A stretch of DNA of 63,458 nt, filler included, from Octopus bimaculoides (lineage: Eukaryota): NCBI RefSeq assembly GCF_001194135.2. It is 5 parts of 5 records of this genome, joined end to end, with 100 filler letters (N's around TTAATTAATTAA, not from the genome) between each part and the next. Parts side by side here need not be neighbours in the genome. Positions count along the whole stretch, not along the records: positions 1 to 17,710 come from NC_068988.1; positions 17,811 to 46,279 come from NC_068991.1; 3 more parts are not named here. The stretch is one strand, 5' to 3'. How positions within the stretch are numbered: the first letter of the stretch is position 1; each line of letters begins with the position of its first letter. The position numbers and the translations under genes were made by a program. Under the pieces are notes generated by a model, which was given only the letters and a program-made list of their open reading frames with translations, ran no database searches and was not told the DNA's origin. Shown here one piece after another: positions 12,881-25,194 of the stretch.

Positions 12881-13350
12881 GTTATTGAAAAGAATTATTT
12901 ACGATTCCGGAAAATAGAAAGGAAAGATTTAATATGCAGATTTTACACTGTTTTAGAACAGCGGTTCTAATACATGAGTTACCGACCTGTGGGAATTCAT
13001 CTACTGAAATTTTTTTGAATAGTTTATGCTGCATTCGATATACAAAACTCATTAGATTACCACTATGAAAGGTAAAGTACGGTCTGTGGTTACAATGTGC
13101 TTTAGAATGTTCGGGGATGCTTTCTAGGTCTTATAGTTTTAGTTTCTTTTAGTTTTGTGTTAGCTAACAGTTTCAAGTTCCACCTACACAGATGTGAGGA
13201 TAAGCCACAACTTCAAGTTCTTAATTTAAAAAAAAATAGTGAAACTGCCAAGTTTAATGACACTGAAATTGTCACTGATTTTCTATATTAATTAAAGATT
13301 AAACTTTGTTGCAAGATGGACATTTATTGCACATATCTATCTATCTATCA

Positions 13351-13392
<42 letters not shown>

Positions 13393-13428
13393 ACACACAC
13401 GCGCGCGTACACACACACACACACACAC

Positions 13429-13467
<39 letters not shown>

Positions 13468-13486
13468 TCGAAACATACATTAATAC

Positions 13487-13518
<32 letters not shown>

Positions 13519-13523
13519 CTATA

Positions 13524-13563
<40 letters not shown>

Positions 13564-13627
13564 NNNNNNNNNNNNNNNNNNNNNNNNNNNNNNNNNNNNN
13601 NNNNNNNNNNNNNNNNNATATATATAG

Positions 13628-13962
13628 TGCGAGCATTCCGCCGGTTACGACGACGAGTGACCCAGCTGATAGGATCAACGGAATATCTTGTTCGTGAAAT
13701 TAACGTGCAAGTGGCTGAGCACTCCACAGACACGTGTACTCTTAACGTAGTTCTCTGGGCGATTCAGCGTGTCGCAGAGCGTGAGAAGGCTGTCCCTTTA
13801 AAATACAGGTGCTACGCATTTTTCTTACCTCAATGAAGTGGAGCAACGTGAAATAAAGTGTTTTGCTGAGGGGCACAACGCGTTGCCGGGAATTGAACTC
13901 ATGAACTCACGATGTTACGACCGTGAGCCAAATGCCGTGACCACAAAGCCACGCGCTTTCAC
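13628..13962 (-). mobile_element. SINE with variant head B' and family B tail
   Basis: Tail GTGAAATTAACGTGCAAGTGGCTGAGCACTCCACAGACACGTGTAC. Head is the reverse complement of GTGAAAGCGCGTGGC...GAGTTCAATTCCCGGC. Confidence 0.85.
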
Positions 13963-13973
13963 CTTATATATAC

Positions 13974-14006
<33 letters not shown>

Positions 14007-14033
14007 GTGTTTTAACATTAAAAAGTGTATATG

Positions 14034-14077
<44 letters not shown>

Positions 14078-14578
14078 CATATACACTTTTTAATGTTAAA
14101 ACACTATATACTTAGGCACGCACATGGACGCACGTACGCACGCTCACACACATACATCATGCACACACACTCACATACCTAATGGTGTGTTTTTTTCCCA
14201 TTTATTGAACTACAAACTTCTAACATAAATTTATTAACAGAAAATACTGTAGAAAGTTAATTTGCGTCCATAACAAAAACATACCTGACAATGTCGACAT
14301 CATGGTTCTACCTGTAATGAAGAATTCGTATCCAATATTGAATAGGTTTGCTCTATCATCGATTAACCATTTCATTCATTATGACTATGGCTCTCCATCA
14401 ATCACCTATTGCTCCTATATACATTCTTGCGATATTTTTTTTTTATATATTTATATATATTGCTATTCGTATTTTGCCTATTGAATATTATTTCATCTAC
14501 CCACCCCTAACACATCTGAAACCTATATTTAAATAGAAATATTAAAATCAATACCCCATTTTTAACACATACCGACTA

Positions 14579-14662
<84 letters not shown>
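14579..14662. repeat. (CTG)n(CTA)n microsatellite
   Basis: Direct reading. Confidence 0.95.
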
Positions 14663-14663
<1 letters not shown>

Positions 14664-17633
14664 GTTTTTGTTCTGCCTTTTTGCTGCTGCTGTTCCTCAT
14701 TGGATTATTTATTGTAAATATCGCATTAGTTTTGGCAGAGTTGCTAAAATAGCGGACAAAATATTTTATCGCATTTGTTTCAGCACTTTACATTATGAGT
14801 TCAATTCTCGTCGAAATCGTTTTTCCTTTAACGGTCGAGGTTATAATGTTCCAGTTCAGTCGAAGTTAATGGTAAAGTTCATCTTCTGATTTCGGAGAAG
14901 CAACGAGAGTCAGTTAATTTGTGAAGGCCAATACTTATGCTTAGAAAACCATATATTTCAGCATTCGTTAATTATATATGAACATGCATTTAGATTTAGC
15001 CGAATGCCCCACAAACTCCTTCATTATTATGCTTTCTATTCCGCTACGTGTCTTCCTGGGCAATATTTCCTAATGCCTCACATCGGCCTATACATTGTGA
15101 GTAAAACTTGATTGACAGGATCGTATTGAAACCCATCGGGTGGTTTGTACTTTTAATTTCAATACCCCATCTTGTAACACAATGTTACGCTTATTCTGCC
15201 TGAGAAGTACATTATTAAAAGTGTGTGTATGTGTGTGTGTGTGTGTAATATTCAGGAACATATACGCTAATTCAATGTGCTAAACGGTTCATTGGAAATA
15301 TATTTTAGTATTAATAAGTGAAAGAAATATCGAGGGATGTTCCTGCTACATATGGCGAGATTTCAGAATGAATCGAGAGGTAGGCATAAACCTAATGATG
15401 AGAAGAGCAGCGTTTATAACCGCTATATATAATTATCTGCCGTAGTCCCAACACTGTACGTAGAATCACGCCAAGTATTCAGTCACACCTAAAACACCAT
15501 TAAACCATCCACAATACGGTCCAGCTAACACAATCCGAAGGGCTTTGTAATGATTAAAATAAAAACAAAATGTTATAGAAACATGTACGTATGTGCTGTC
15601 AGAATAATATCTATTGGTCTACTTATTGAACTGGTATTTATCTCAGTTAATGGAACATTTACTGTTATTTCAGTATTCTAGTAGCACATGCTCAAATTCC
15701 GGACGAAATTCTCATCTTTCCTTCTGGTATCACTAACGTGGAGTTATGTTGATTTCTTTCTAGATTTATTAAGTTAACCGTTTTGATAAATTTCTCTATT
15801 TCGCACATTTGCTCGATAATACTGGTCATATTTTCATATGATACTACTGAAATAAACTCCTTAAATATAAATGAATCTGTCGTTCATCACAGAAATATCA
15901 TAAATACCATAAATAAGTGGAATAAATATCGAAATACCCAATGAAAGTATGATGTTTGGGGAACTACGTCTGTGGCCCAGGGGTCATCGATGTTATGAAA
16001 TTTAGTTTCGTATGTACGGTTTCTAGGTTGAATCTAACGTGATACTAAACACATGTTGAAAAATAAGTCACCTAATTGAAATGAAGTATCTAACTGATCA
16101 ACGAGTAATGTGTCGATGTAATTACATTCCTGCAAAATGTCTTTAACTTATTACGTTTCTAGTATTTCGTTAATGATTTGGCAATTCACATTCTGACATT
16201 CTGACATTCTGATATTCTGACACTGTTATGTTAAAATATTCGCATAACAAGTTGTGGTAGCTGAGTACTTGTAGTGCACCAGGGTCAAAAGAATTGCCTA
16301 TTGCGAGCCAAAGAAAACAGAAAACTAAAACAAAAAAAAAGAAACACATCAACGAAATACTTGCTCCGAAAACTCCGACTTCATCTCAAGCTAAATAAAT
16401 CAATATTTTTGTGTGTTTTTATCTGTATTCTTGGTGCTGTGCTAAAATGGTAGCAGCGGCAAGAGTAACACATGCAGAGTTTTCAAGATTATATAGTTTC
16501 CATCCACCGCGTCTCTTGAGTTCGAATCAAAAGATGGAAGAGTTTGCCCACTTAAGCACTGCGCGCTAGCGATGGTCAATAAACGTTATGCACTCAACAG
16601 ATACTGATTCGTATATCCTCAACTATATCCAGTCCCTACATCAAAAGACGGAGTCTTGCATTTGTTTAATCAATAGAAATCAATAGCTTTCTCTTCTTTT
16701 TTTTACCTCTTCAGAATATAGTTTCGATTTGGCAATTATAAAACCAAGTTTTCGAGTTCCTAATCCAAAGATTTCCCAGCATTCCTCATCCTGTTAAAAA
16801 TTAATATATTTTTATTTGTTTTCATGCTTTTATTTCATTGCTGTTTTGTTTTTGTTGAATTTTTGTGATTTTTTTTTGTTAGTTTTTAGTCAGCATTATT
16901 AATTAATTATTTAAAGTGTTTTCAATTATTGATTCGGAAATATCTCTGGAATTTTCCAATCTAACAGCATCCTATATACACGTATTGATTTCTCGCACAG
17001 ACACAACACCCAAGACTTCATGCAGATATCTTAGAACAGATGAGTTTTTGTGATACTCATGCCTCTCTCTTAGACTATACAATATTCGAATAAAAGCTAA
17101 AAGTCCAATCCAAAATAATAATAAAATAGGCAACATAACAATTAAGTTTCTAAGTTAAAATCAATGTCATAATTATTATGGATTCTTAATTAAAGTACAA
17201 GAAACACTTGGTAGGTTGCAGCAGGCATCCATTAGCTGCACGCTATTAGAAACATGAATTAAAATATATAATGTTACCACAAGAATTGAAAATCTTGATA
17301 GCAGGCATCGACATTTTCGGAATATTACATAGTGCAGTACGGTAGTCGCCATATATACCGTAACAATATTATTTGCTACGATACTCAAAGCTCAAGGATA
17401 ATTTAAATACAGTGCGCACTTCTTACGCATTACATGCTTATTTGAAACTGTGTCAAGCTACGCTAGATCAATTAACGAAAGAATTAATAGTAGTGTACTT
17501 TGATGCCAGTGTATTGGTCTATCTGTCCCTGTGCTTTTTTATATATGTATGTATGTGTGTGTATGCATGTATGTATATATACATGTATATATACATACAC
17601 ACACACACACACACGCACACACACACACCCACC

Positions 17634-17666
<33 letters not shown>

Positions 17667-17710
17667 CCCTCAGTGACCTTATTTCTCTATGAACAGACAC
17701 AAACTTCCTG

Positions 17711-17810
17711 NNNNNNNNNNNNNNNNNNNNNNNNNNNNNNNNNNNNNNNNNNNNTTAATTAATTAANNNNNNNNNNNNNNNNNNNNNNNNNNNNNNNNNN
17801 NNNNNNNNNN
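17711..17810. other. Scaffold-join linker (44 N + TTAATTAATTAA + 44 N), assembly artefact
   Basis: An identical 100-bp construct occurs four times. The 12-mer has stop codons in all six frames. Confidence 0.95.
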
Positions 17811-18091
17811 AGTTAAGAGGAAAATTGTGCACAAGAAAGAGGCAAGCTAAAGGAGAGAGTGAAAGCAGGAGAAATATTTGAGAAAGAATTTGTACTTTGA
17901 AGGAGCGCATGGTGGGGGGTGGGGAGGAATGTGATAGAGAGAATGAAATTTAGAGAAATCTAATGCATGCATTAAAAACTGAGAGAAGAAAAAAAAAAAA
18001 AAAGAGAGAGAGACTGTCAACAATGAAAAACTGAGTGTGATAGAAACAAGTGTTCAGTTCTCTTATCGCCTAGGTAATGCAAAAAACGTAT

Positions 18092-19258
18092 TCATCCTGG
18101 TTTTATATGACACTGTGGGGGGAATACTTTCCGTTCTTGAATGACTATTCTACTACATAAGTCATATGCTGTCCGTAGTGGTGTACACCCTGTCTCGCCG
18201 TTACGATAACGCCGAGGCAGCTTGAGTTTTTTTAATAGAATATCATTATAATTACTGAATTTTCTTTTGTGGCCTTCCCAGTTGCCAGCGTTTGTAGTTT
18301 GATGTACAGCAAGAATTGTATCCGAAGCATCAATAACAGTAAAATTAGAACGACGAGCATGTGCTACAAGCCAGTTGTCATAAGCTGGACGTCCTATCAC
18401 GAGGTTAGGAATATCCTTCCAGGGATAGTTGCGGTTTGTAATAAAATAATCTTCAGCGTTTACTAAGAATAGGTGTCCTTTTTCTCGTGCCACTCCCTTC
18501 AGACTTTTATAGGTGGCTGCATCCTTTTTGGACAAATATTTTACATTAGTCCTCCGGCCAATAAGAAGTAAAGGATGAGACATGTTGTCAATGCTCATTT
18601 CTTCCATAAGCAAGAACAGAGTATCGATAAGACCATCTTCAAAGAGAATATCACCGTTTGCAAAAGCATAAAATGTAGTGTTAAAGTTCTCCATGGCTTT
18701 CAAAAACATTGTTTTCAAGACAGGAGCTCCACCAGCAGCATAATGAGTAATGGGGTAAACAGTCCAGCCAGCATCACTACAAAGTTTTTTGTACTGGCTG
18801 CTGTTTGTGAAAATGATGGGGTTTACATACTTCTTTAGCTTTATCCAATTTGATACTGTGTTGTTATGGACAATATATTTGGTTTCATTCACATCCCATG
18901 ATGTAAACATTGTTAGAATGGGTTTGTTGGTCTCAGGACGAGCTGTAATGCTAACATTTTTGTTACAGAAATTCACAAGATCAAAAAGAGCCCAAATCAG
19001 GCGCTGGACATCTTTGTCATTTTCATCGACACCAGGACAATAGCTATGAAGAATTTCCTTGAAAGACTTGGAACCTTTAGACTCGATAAATTTCATAGAC
19101 ACTTTCAGATATGTGTTCAAATCACAGTTATTCTCCGAGGCAGCAGACTTATTGAGGTAGCGTTGAGAATAGAAGATTATATTGCAGGTCAGCGTCAACA
19201 TGAGAAGAATAAAGAGCACGTTACCAGAACGTCTCCCCAGCCAAAAGTTGTGCAACAT
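18092..19258 (-). CDS. Type II membrane protein, putative GT-A-fold glycosyltransferase (uncharacterised family), 388 aa, single coding exon
   Basis: Intact ATG-TGA ORF with an in-frame upstream TAG. Short basic tail, TM segment at ~aa14-30, eight N-glycosylation sequons. Motifs FYAFANGDILF (DxD-like), LLIGRRTNV, AEDYFIT, IGRPAYDNWL and VIDASDTILAVHQ. Confidence 0.88.
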   Translation of the reverse strand: MLHNFWLGRRSGNVLFILLMLTLTCNIIFYSQRYLNKSAASENNCDLNTYLKVSMKFIESKGSKSFKEILHSYCPGVDENDKDVQRLIWALFDLVNFCNKNVSITARPETNKPILTMFTSWDVNETKYIVHNNTVSNWIKLKKYVNPIIFTNSSQYKKLCSDAGWTVYPITHYAAGGAPVLKTMFLKAMENFNTTFYAFANGDILFEDGLIDTLFLLMEEMSIDNMSHPLLLIGRRTNVKYLSKKDAATYKSLKGVAREKGHLFLVNAEDYFITNRNYPWKDIPNLVIGRPAYDNWLVAHARRSNFTVIDASDTILAVHQTTNAGNWEGHKRKFSNYNDILLKKLKLPRRYRNGETGCTPLRTAYDLCSRIVIQERKVFPPQCHIKPG

Positions 19259-19297
19259 GACCTAACACAGTAGAGATGGCACTGGAGAGGAAGATCC

Positions 19298-19330
19298 CTG
19301 GCAAATAAAGAAAAAAGAAAAAGTTGGTTA
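19298..19330 (-). promoter_or_regulatory. 3' splice acceptor of the 5'UTR intron of the glycosyltransferase-like gene
   Basis: Minus strand reads TTTTTCTTTTTTCTTTATTTGCCAG|GGATC. The exon starts at 19297, 39 nt before the ATG. Confidence 0.75.
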
Positions 19331-19509
19331 ATAATGAGCATGTCAAGTAGTTTAGACAAATAAATCATTGGCATTAATTATTCAAAACAATTACTTTGGT
19401 ACGCATTTTGGTTATTTAAAAAAAAAATTGACAAAATCCCAACAGTTAATTTCTATATAAAGCACAATTATTACCATTTTATAGGACAAGTCTCTGAAAC
19501 TGTTTTTAA

Positions 19510-21196
19510 TCCTTTATCAAATGTAATGCTTATCTGTTCACATTAATTCTGATTTATTCAGGTCCAAGTGGGGTGTCCACAGTATTTGCTTGTAACTTTG
19601 TTAACTTTCTACATACAGATTTGAAATTTTGTAAATGGTTGCTTATATGCCAATGGTTTATAGTTATGTAATTTTAGCTGATTTTTCTGATTAAATTTGA
19701 CATTTACGGGCAGGTAAATTTAATTAACAGGTGTAACATTATGAATAAACACTAAAATTCATATTCTTAATACATCTTACCTGTTTGATTTGTTACTAAA
19801 ATTATCGCAGATGTCAACCGCCAACAATTTTACATTTTTCAAGATGATTAAAATACAGGTGTAATTGGTACAAGATTTTATTCTTTCTCTATATTTCATT
19901 CAAACATTTTTATTGAAAATAAAGTACAAAACTCTTTTACTAGTCAATATACCATTGGCTATGTACTCTTATAGAATTTAATGAATTCATTTATGTAACA
20001 GAATGCATCTAATAAAAAACGCTCGTTAACAGGTGAGACAAAGGTGAATACAGGTGTATAACATACTGAAAATTAATATGTATTTCTCACTTTCACATAT
20101 TTATAATAAAATGAAAATGAATATGTGATAAAATAATATAGTCACAAAATAATATAGTACGACATATTTCTGTCATGAAACTGCCCAAAGCACCCTTTAC
20201 ACAAGGGCACTTTGCAAAAGGAACACATATATGAAGTCTTAATCTGATACCTTTTTGCAGAAAACAGTCTGCAAACATTTTTTCTTCCATTTATCTTTTC
20301 GACTTTATGAAAGTCAGTATTTTCTCTGTTGGCATCCACCTCAGTTAATTTTGCTTTTCTCCCAGTTCTATGCTTTCTAGAAGAAAAGCCCTCACATAAC
20401 TGAGATCTGATGTCAACCTGAAATTTCAAATGGTCATAGTTCTTTGGTGGCAGAAGTACCTTGTGGCTTTTTACATATACAATATATGAATTAACTATAG
20501 TTAAATTAACTAAAAACCACAAAATGTACCTCCACCATTTCTTCCCAGGTCGACCAACTGGGTAATATGCCCGATATTGGTCGGATTTATCAACCCCACC
20601 CATATATTAGTTATAACAAATATTCACGAGGGGTTTCCCCTTGGCACCAACACCAGGTTGTTCATTAGTAGACAGAAATAAAATTTTCTTTTGCATTTGT
20701 AAAATGTCCCCTTTTTTAAAATTTTGTTTTCATTTCATGGGGTAAACCTTTATGGTTGCCCATAACAGTACTGCATGTGTAAGTACTTACGCAGGCAACA
20801 TTTTCTGCCAAAGCCAAGAAAAGAATCGGTCAAAATAGAGGTGTCAGTTCTGATGGTGAAATGGTTCAGTTAGAGACCATACAACATCATGTCCCAATCC
20901 ATGTCATCTGTTTCCATTATATTTTTTACCTGTGTAAACATAAAAGTTTACACAATATCCTGTGTCTGATTCACAAACTTCCCATACCTTGATCCCCAAT
21001 TTAGTGAGTTTGGCAGGCATGTACTGCCGAAAATGTACTCTGCCCTTATAGCCTATTATAGCTTCATCTACACTGAGATTTTTCCCAGGTAGATACAGTT
21101 TTATAACTATTACAGAGTAAATCAATTACAGGATGTACTTTGTACAGGGGATCGTGGTTTGGGTAAATTTTGACCGGTGGTTTAAACACTAAAGGG
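19510..21196 (-). mobile_element. Decayed piggyBac transposon with TTAA flanks, transposase N-terminally deleted
   Basis: TTAA at 19506-19509 and 21197-21200. Transposase pieces DPLYKVHPVID, LSVDEAII..KGR...QYMPAK..K.GIK, HLYFDRFF, MGGVDKSDQ...KKWWR and a C-terminal Cys-rich domain, broken by stops and frameshifts. Confidence 0.85.
20142..21160 (-). pseudogene. piggyBac (DDD) transposase pseudogene
   Basis: All three catalytic-Asp motifs (VDEA, FDRF, GVDK) are present across frames. Confidence 0.85.
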
Positions 21197-21433
21197 TTAA
21201 GACTCAAAATCTTAAAAATTAAGAAAAATAAGTTAAAAATTAAAATAAACCACAATCTGTAATGGTCGAAGTTTCTGTGTGGTCTGATCCACAAGTATCT
21301 GGACTGTTGCTATAGTAACGAAGCTAAAGCATGGAGAGTGAAGCAGTTTACAGCAGTGCTTGAAAGGAAGGCTAATCTGGGCAAAGTGGCTTCATCCCAC
21401 GTGCTTTTGCTTTCTTACTATGGCAACAGTCCA

Positions 21434-21624
21434 GGCGTAGAAGTGGCTGTGTGGTGGGTGGCTTGTTTACGAACCACATGGTTCCGGGTTCAGTCCCACT
21501 GCATGGCACCTTGGGCAAGTGTCTTCTACTATAGCCTCGGGCTGACCAAAGCCTTGTGAGTGGATTTGGTAGACGGAAACTGAAAGAAGCCCGTCGTATA
21601 TATGTATNNNNNNNNNNNNNNNNN

Positions 21625-21655
<31 letters not shown>

Positions 21656-21865
21656 TTGTGTGTCTGTGTTTGCCCCCCTAGCATTGCTTGACAACCGATG
21701 CTGGTGTGCTTATGTCCTCGTAACTTAGTGGTTCGGCAAAAGAGACCGATAGAATAAGTACAAGGCTTACAAAGAATAAGTCCTGGGGTCGATTTGCTCG
21801 ACTAAAGGCGGTGCTCCAGCATGGCCACAGTCAAATGATTCAAACAAATTAAAGAGTAAAGAGTA
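21434..21865 (+). mobile_element. SINE family A, full length
   Basis: tRNA-like head with B box GGTTCAGTCCC, central TTGGGCAAGTGTCTT, internal (TA/TG)n and AAAGAGTA tail. Confidence 0.92.
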
Positions 21866-21985
21866 CTTGTTGATCAGACCACGTATTTATTTAAAGGAGT
21901 AAAGTTCAATTTTTGCTTTGAGAGAACAGTATTATATAGGATAGAAAGGGACGAAACCAGATTGAGAGAAACAGATTGATAGAAG

Positions 21986-22372
21986 ATTTAAACTGGCCAT
22001 ATCCAACCTAAAATATTCTACCTGTTTTATGTTCGAACTGGCCAGATCCAGCCTCACACACCTAACCTAGAATGTCATTCTAAAAAAAAAAAAAAAAATC
22101 ACATCATTGAAATCTTGAAGCTCTGAGATTAATTCAAAACAATGTGAATAAATAAGCATTAAATTTAACAGGATAATCTGAATGCTAAAGGATTAATCCT
22201 TTAGCATTTAAACTTGCCACATCTGGCTTCTCACACCTACCCCACAATGTTATTCTAAGAATAAACAGTGATATCATTGAAATTTTGAAGTTATGAGATA
22301 ATACATGTTTAATTCAAAATAATGTGAATAAATAATAATTACATTTGACAGAGTAATATGAATGCTAAAGAG
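21986..22372 (+). mobile_element. Tandem dimer of piggyBac-type MITE family 1 sharing one TTAA
   Basis: Junction palindrome AATGCTAAAGGA-TTAA-TCCTTTAGCATT with TTAA at 22193-22196. Both units resemble 36437-36657. Confidence 0.85.
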
Positions 22373-23399
22373 CTAATAGGAGTTAATGTATGCATAATCT
22401 ATGCATAAAATCAAAGAGTCCAAATTCAAAGGCTATTCCATCAACCCACTCAACAGATTAGTATATATTGGGACATTTTTCCAAATCATATTTTGCTCAG
22501 ATCCTAAGACAAAACAAACAAGCAAAAATCACCACCCCCACCTGCAATCACTTCCAATCCAAGAAACACTATTTAGGGGATCAGGCGAAGGTATTTATAG
22601 ACATTCTTTACATAGCTAAGTAACATGAGCTGCATATTCCATTTATCTCATTTTACAAACCTTTCTTGGCAGATCTTTCATACTAAAAGACTTATCGGTT
22701 TTGTCTCATGACTCAAAGATTTTATCTTTGGGTTACAAAATATTTCGTTACTACTGGCTGCCTTTTTGTTAGTTCTACAAAAACATTTCATGCCAAATAT
22801 TTTATAAAGAATGTTCATGCCAAATATCTCACTTTTAGTACAATTCTATAGCCATTAACTCTGATATTCTGTAATTGATTTCTATAATTGATTTTTGACA
22901 CAAAAATCAATCATCGTCATAATACAGCGAGATTAAGCAGGTTTTACTTCAATCCTACGCAAATAAAGCCATTTGATGTGAAGATGAATATATTTTTCTG
23001 ATTTCTTAATCTAGACAAATACTTAGAAGTATTTGCTATTTCTTATTGGGGCTTTCTGTATCTTAAGTACTTTTAATTCCAAACAATTGTGTTGGCTTTT
23101 AATAATGGCTGCATCTCATTTAGACGAAGTTCGTTTACCATTTCTTATTCCATGTTTATTTTAAAACAATATTTGCCTGAAATACTCTTGTACACATACT
23201 CCACCATTTAAGCCATTGATCAATCGTCATCATTATCATCATCATCACCACTAACAATGTAACGTTTCTAAGGTATTTCTCTTTAGTCATAATGTCGATA
23301 TTCCTAATCAGTACTACTATATTCTCTCTATTTTGAATTGTGATCATGGTCATCATTTTAACAACTACTTTTTTATGTTTGCATGAGTTGGATGTAGGT

Positions 23400-23496
23400 T
23401 TGTTGATTGAGATTTTCACAGAATATTGGAAATGAATGGCATTCATTTACAACAATCACATAGTCAAAACAAGGAGACACAGATATACATACATAC

Positions 23497-23542
<46 letters not shown>

Positions 23543-23545
23543 CTA
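23400..23545 (-). mobile_element. SINE family E, partial
   Basis: Reverse complement of TGTGATTGTTGTAAATGAATG...TTCCAATATTCTG, as in 32452-32858. Confidence 0.6.
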
Positions 23546-24343
23546 AATTAAATCCAATACGATGAAAATAGGGATGAAATCATCCAATCTTTCACTGGCT
23601 CAACTGTTTAATACCCAATTTAGTAGAGAAAAATTTTACAATTCACATAGGTACATATCAAATTTATGAAAATGAAAACAAAATGAAGATATACGATTGT
23701 CAATTCAAAAGTTAAAATTTATTAGTGTTATATTATATTTATATAATATATATTATATTATTATTTTTATTTTATTATATTATTATTATTATTATTATTA
23801 TATAATATAATAAATTTTAAATACAAATTACGTACAATTGTTTCAATTCTTATCCATAATAGAATTATAAAAATCTATTGTGATAAAATTATGAAACTCT
23901 AGAGTAATTTTTGATGTATGAAGATTCACAGATTCAAGAAAAGACTAAAAGACTAAATTTAAATATATTTATGTTTTCAAGCATGAGCCTTAGTAATTAA
24001 AAACAAAAACAGAGATAAAAAAAAAAAATAAAATATGAAAAATAAACTAATATAACGGTCATGAAATATATTTGTATAATACTATTTATTTGAATCTAAA
24101 TATATCTTAGTGCATTAGTTTTTTAAAAATATCAGGAACAATATTTTTTCAAAATATTTTTTAAAAATCGTGGTGAAACAAGAAATACTCCTTTCATTCT
24201 TTCATATTATAGACATGGTTGGGAAGCAAGCTTAACCACACAGCCATACTTATGTCTTATATAGTTATGTATATTAAATGACCACTCATATTCTCGGTTT
24301 GAGTTATACACACTTTAAAAGTTATGAAAACTTGTTGATAGCA

Positions 24344-24725
24344 AATAGCTTGCTTACCAACCACATGGTTCCAGGTTCAGTCCCACTGCGTGGCACCTTG
24401 GGCAAGTGTCTTCTACTATAACCTCGGGCCAATCAAAGCCTTGTGAGTGGATTTGGTAGACGGAAACTGAAAGAAGCCCGTCGTATATATGTATATATAT
24501 GTGAGTGTGTATGTTTGTGTGTCTGTGTTTGTCCCCCTAGCACTGCTTGACAACCAGTGCTGGTGTATTTATGTCCCCGTCACTTAGCGGTTCGGCAAAA
24601 GAGACAGATAGAATAAGTACTAGGCTTACAAAGAATAAGTCCCAGGGTCGATTTGCTCGACTAAAGGCAGTGCTCCAGCATGGCCGCAGTCAAATGACTG
24701 AAACAAGTAAAAGAGTAAAAGAGTG
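24344..24725 (+). mobile_element. SINE family A, slightly 5'-truncated
   Basis: High similarity to 29710-30091. Confidence 0.92.
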
Positions 24726-24729
24726 ATAG

Positions 24730-24850
24730 AATCATCTCTAGTCTTTTGCTCTGATATATCTATTAACATATTACAAGTTCTCTCTACTTCTATGTTCAAA
24801 TCTTCATGCACACCTGAACTTTTTATTCCATTGAGGTTGATAGACTAGGT
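24730..24850 (-). mobile_element. Possible R4/Dong RLE-domain fragment
   Basis: HEDLNIEVERTCN resembles KY.DL.IEV.RMW. The match is short and degenerate. Confidence 0.35.
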
Positions 24851-24944
24851 ACAGGTAAAAGATATAGGGTCAAATGAGTCCAATGTTTTCATAGAATCTG
24901 ATGAAGTGTTGTAGGAGCTCGAAACAGCATGGTCAAGAATTTAA

Positions 24945-25194
24945 CCCTTTACAACCTGCTCATACTATAACAATTTAATCCATTGCAACCTGCTCAGATC
25001 ATCCTTAATCCTATTATACAATCTTCTTGCTTTAAAATAACCTAAATTAAAATCTTTCATCAAAATTTTATGTTAATTTATGTTCCAAATACCAGCTAAA
25101 TAACGACAAAGTTATTTTACTAAATTCTTCAATATTTTCAAAATAATCTGAAGCAAAGAAAGTGTAATTTGATAGAAACATATTAACAAAGAAG
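24945..25194 (+). mobile_element. TTAA-flanked MITE family 2
   Basis: TTAA at 24941-44 and 25195-98, start CCCTTT, body similar to 45035-45246. Confidence 0.7.

Noticed and set aside
17755-17766. TTAATTAATTAA as a homeodomain site or piggyBac target array
   Set aside because: It is centred in symmetric N runs four times, so it is an assembly linker.
18092-19258. Bacterial contaminant or recent horizontal transfer as the explanation of the intronless ORF
   Set aside because: It has a eukaryotic splice acceptor in the 5'UTR, type II membrane topology with sequons, host-like AT content and contiguity with host TEs. An ancient transfer remains open.
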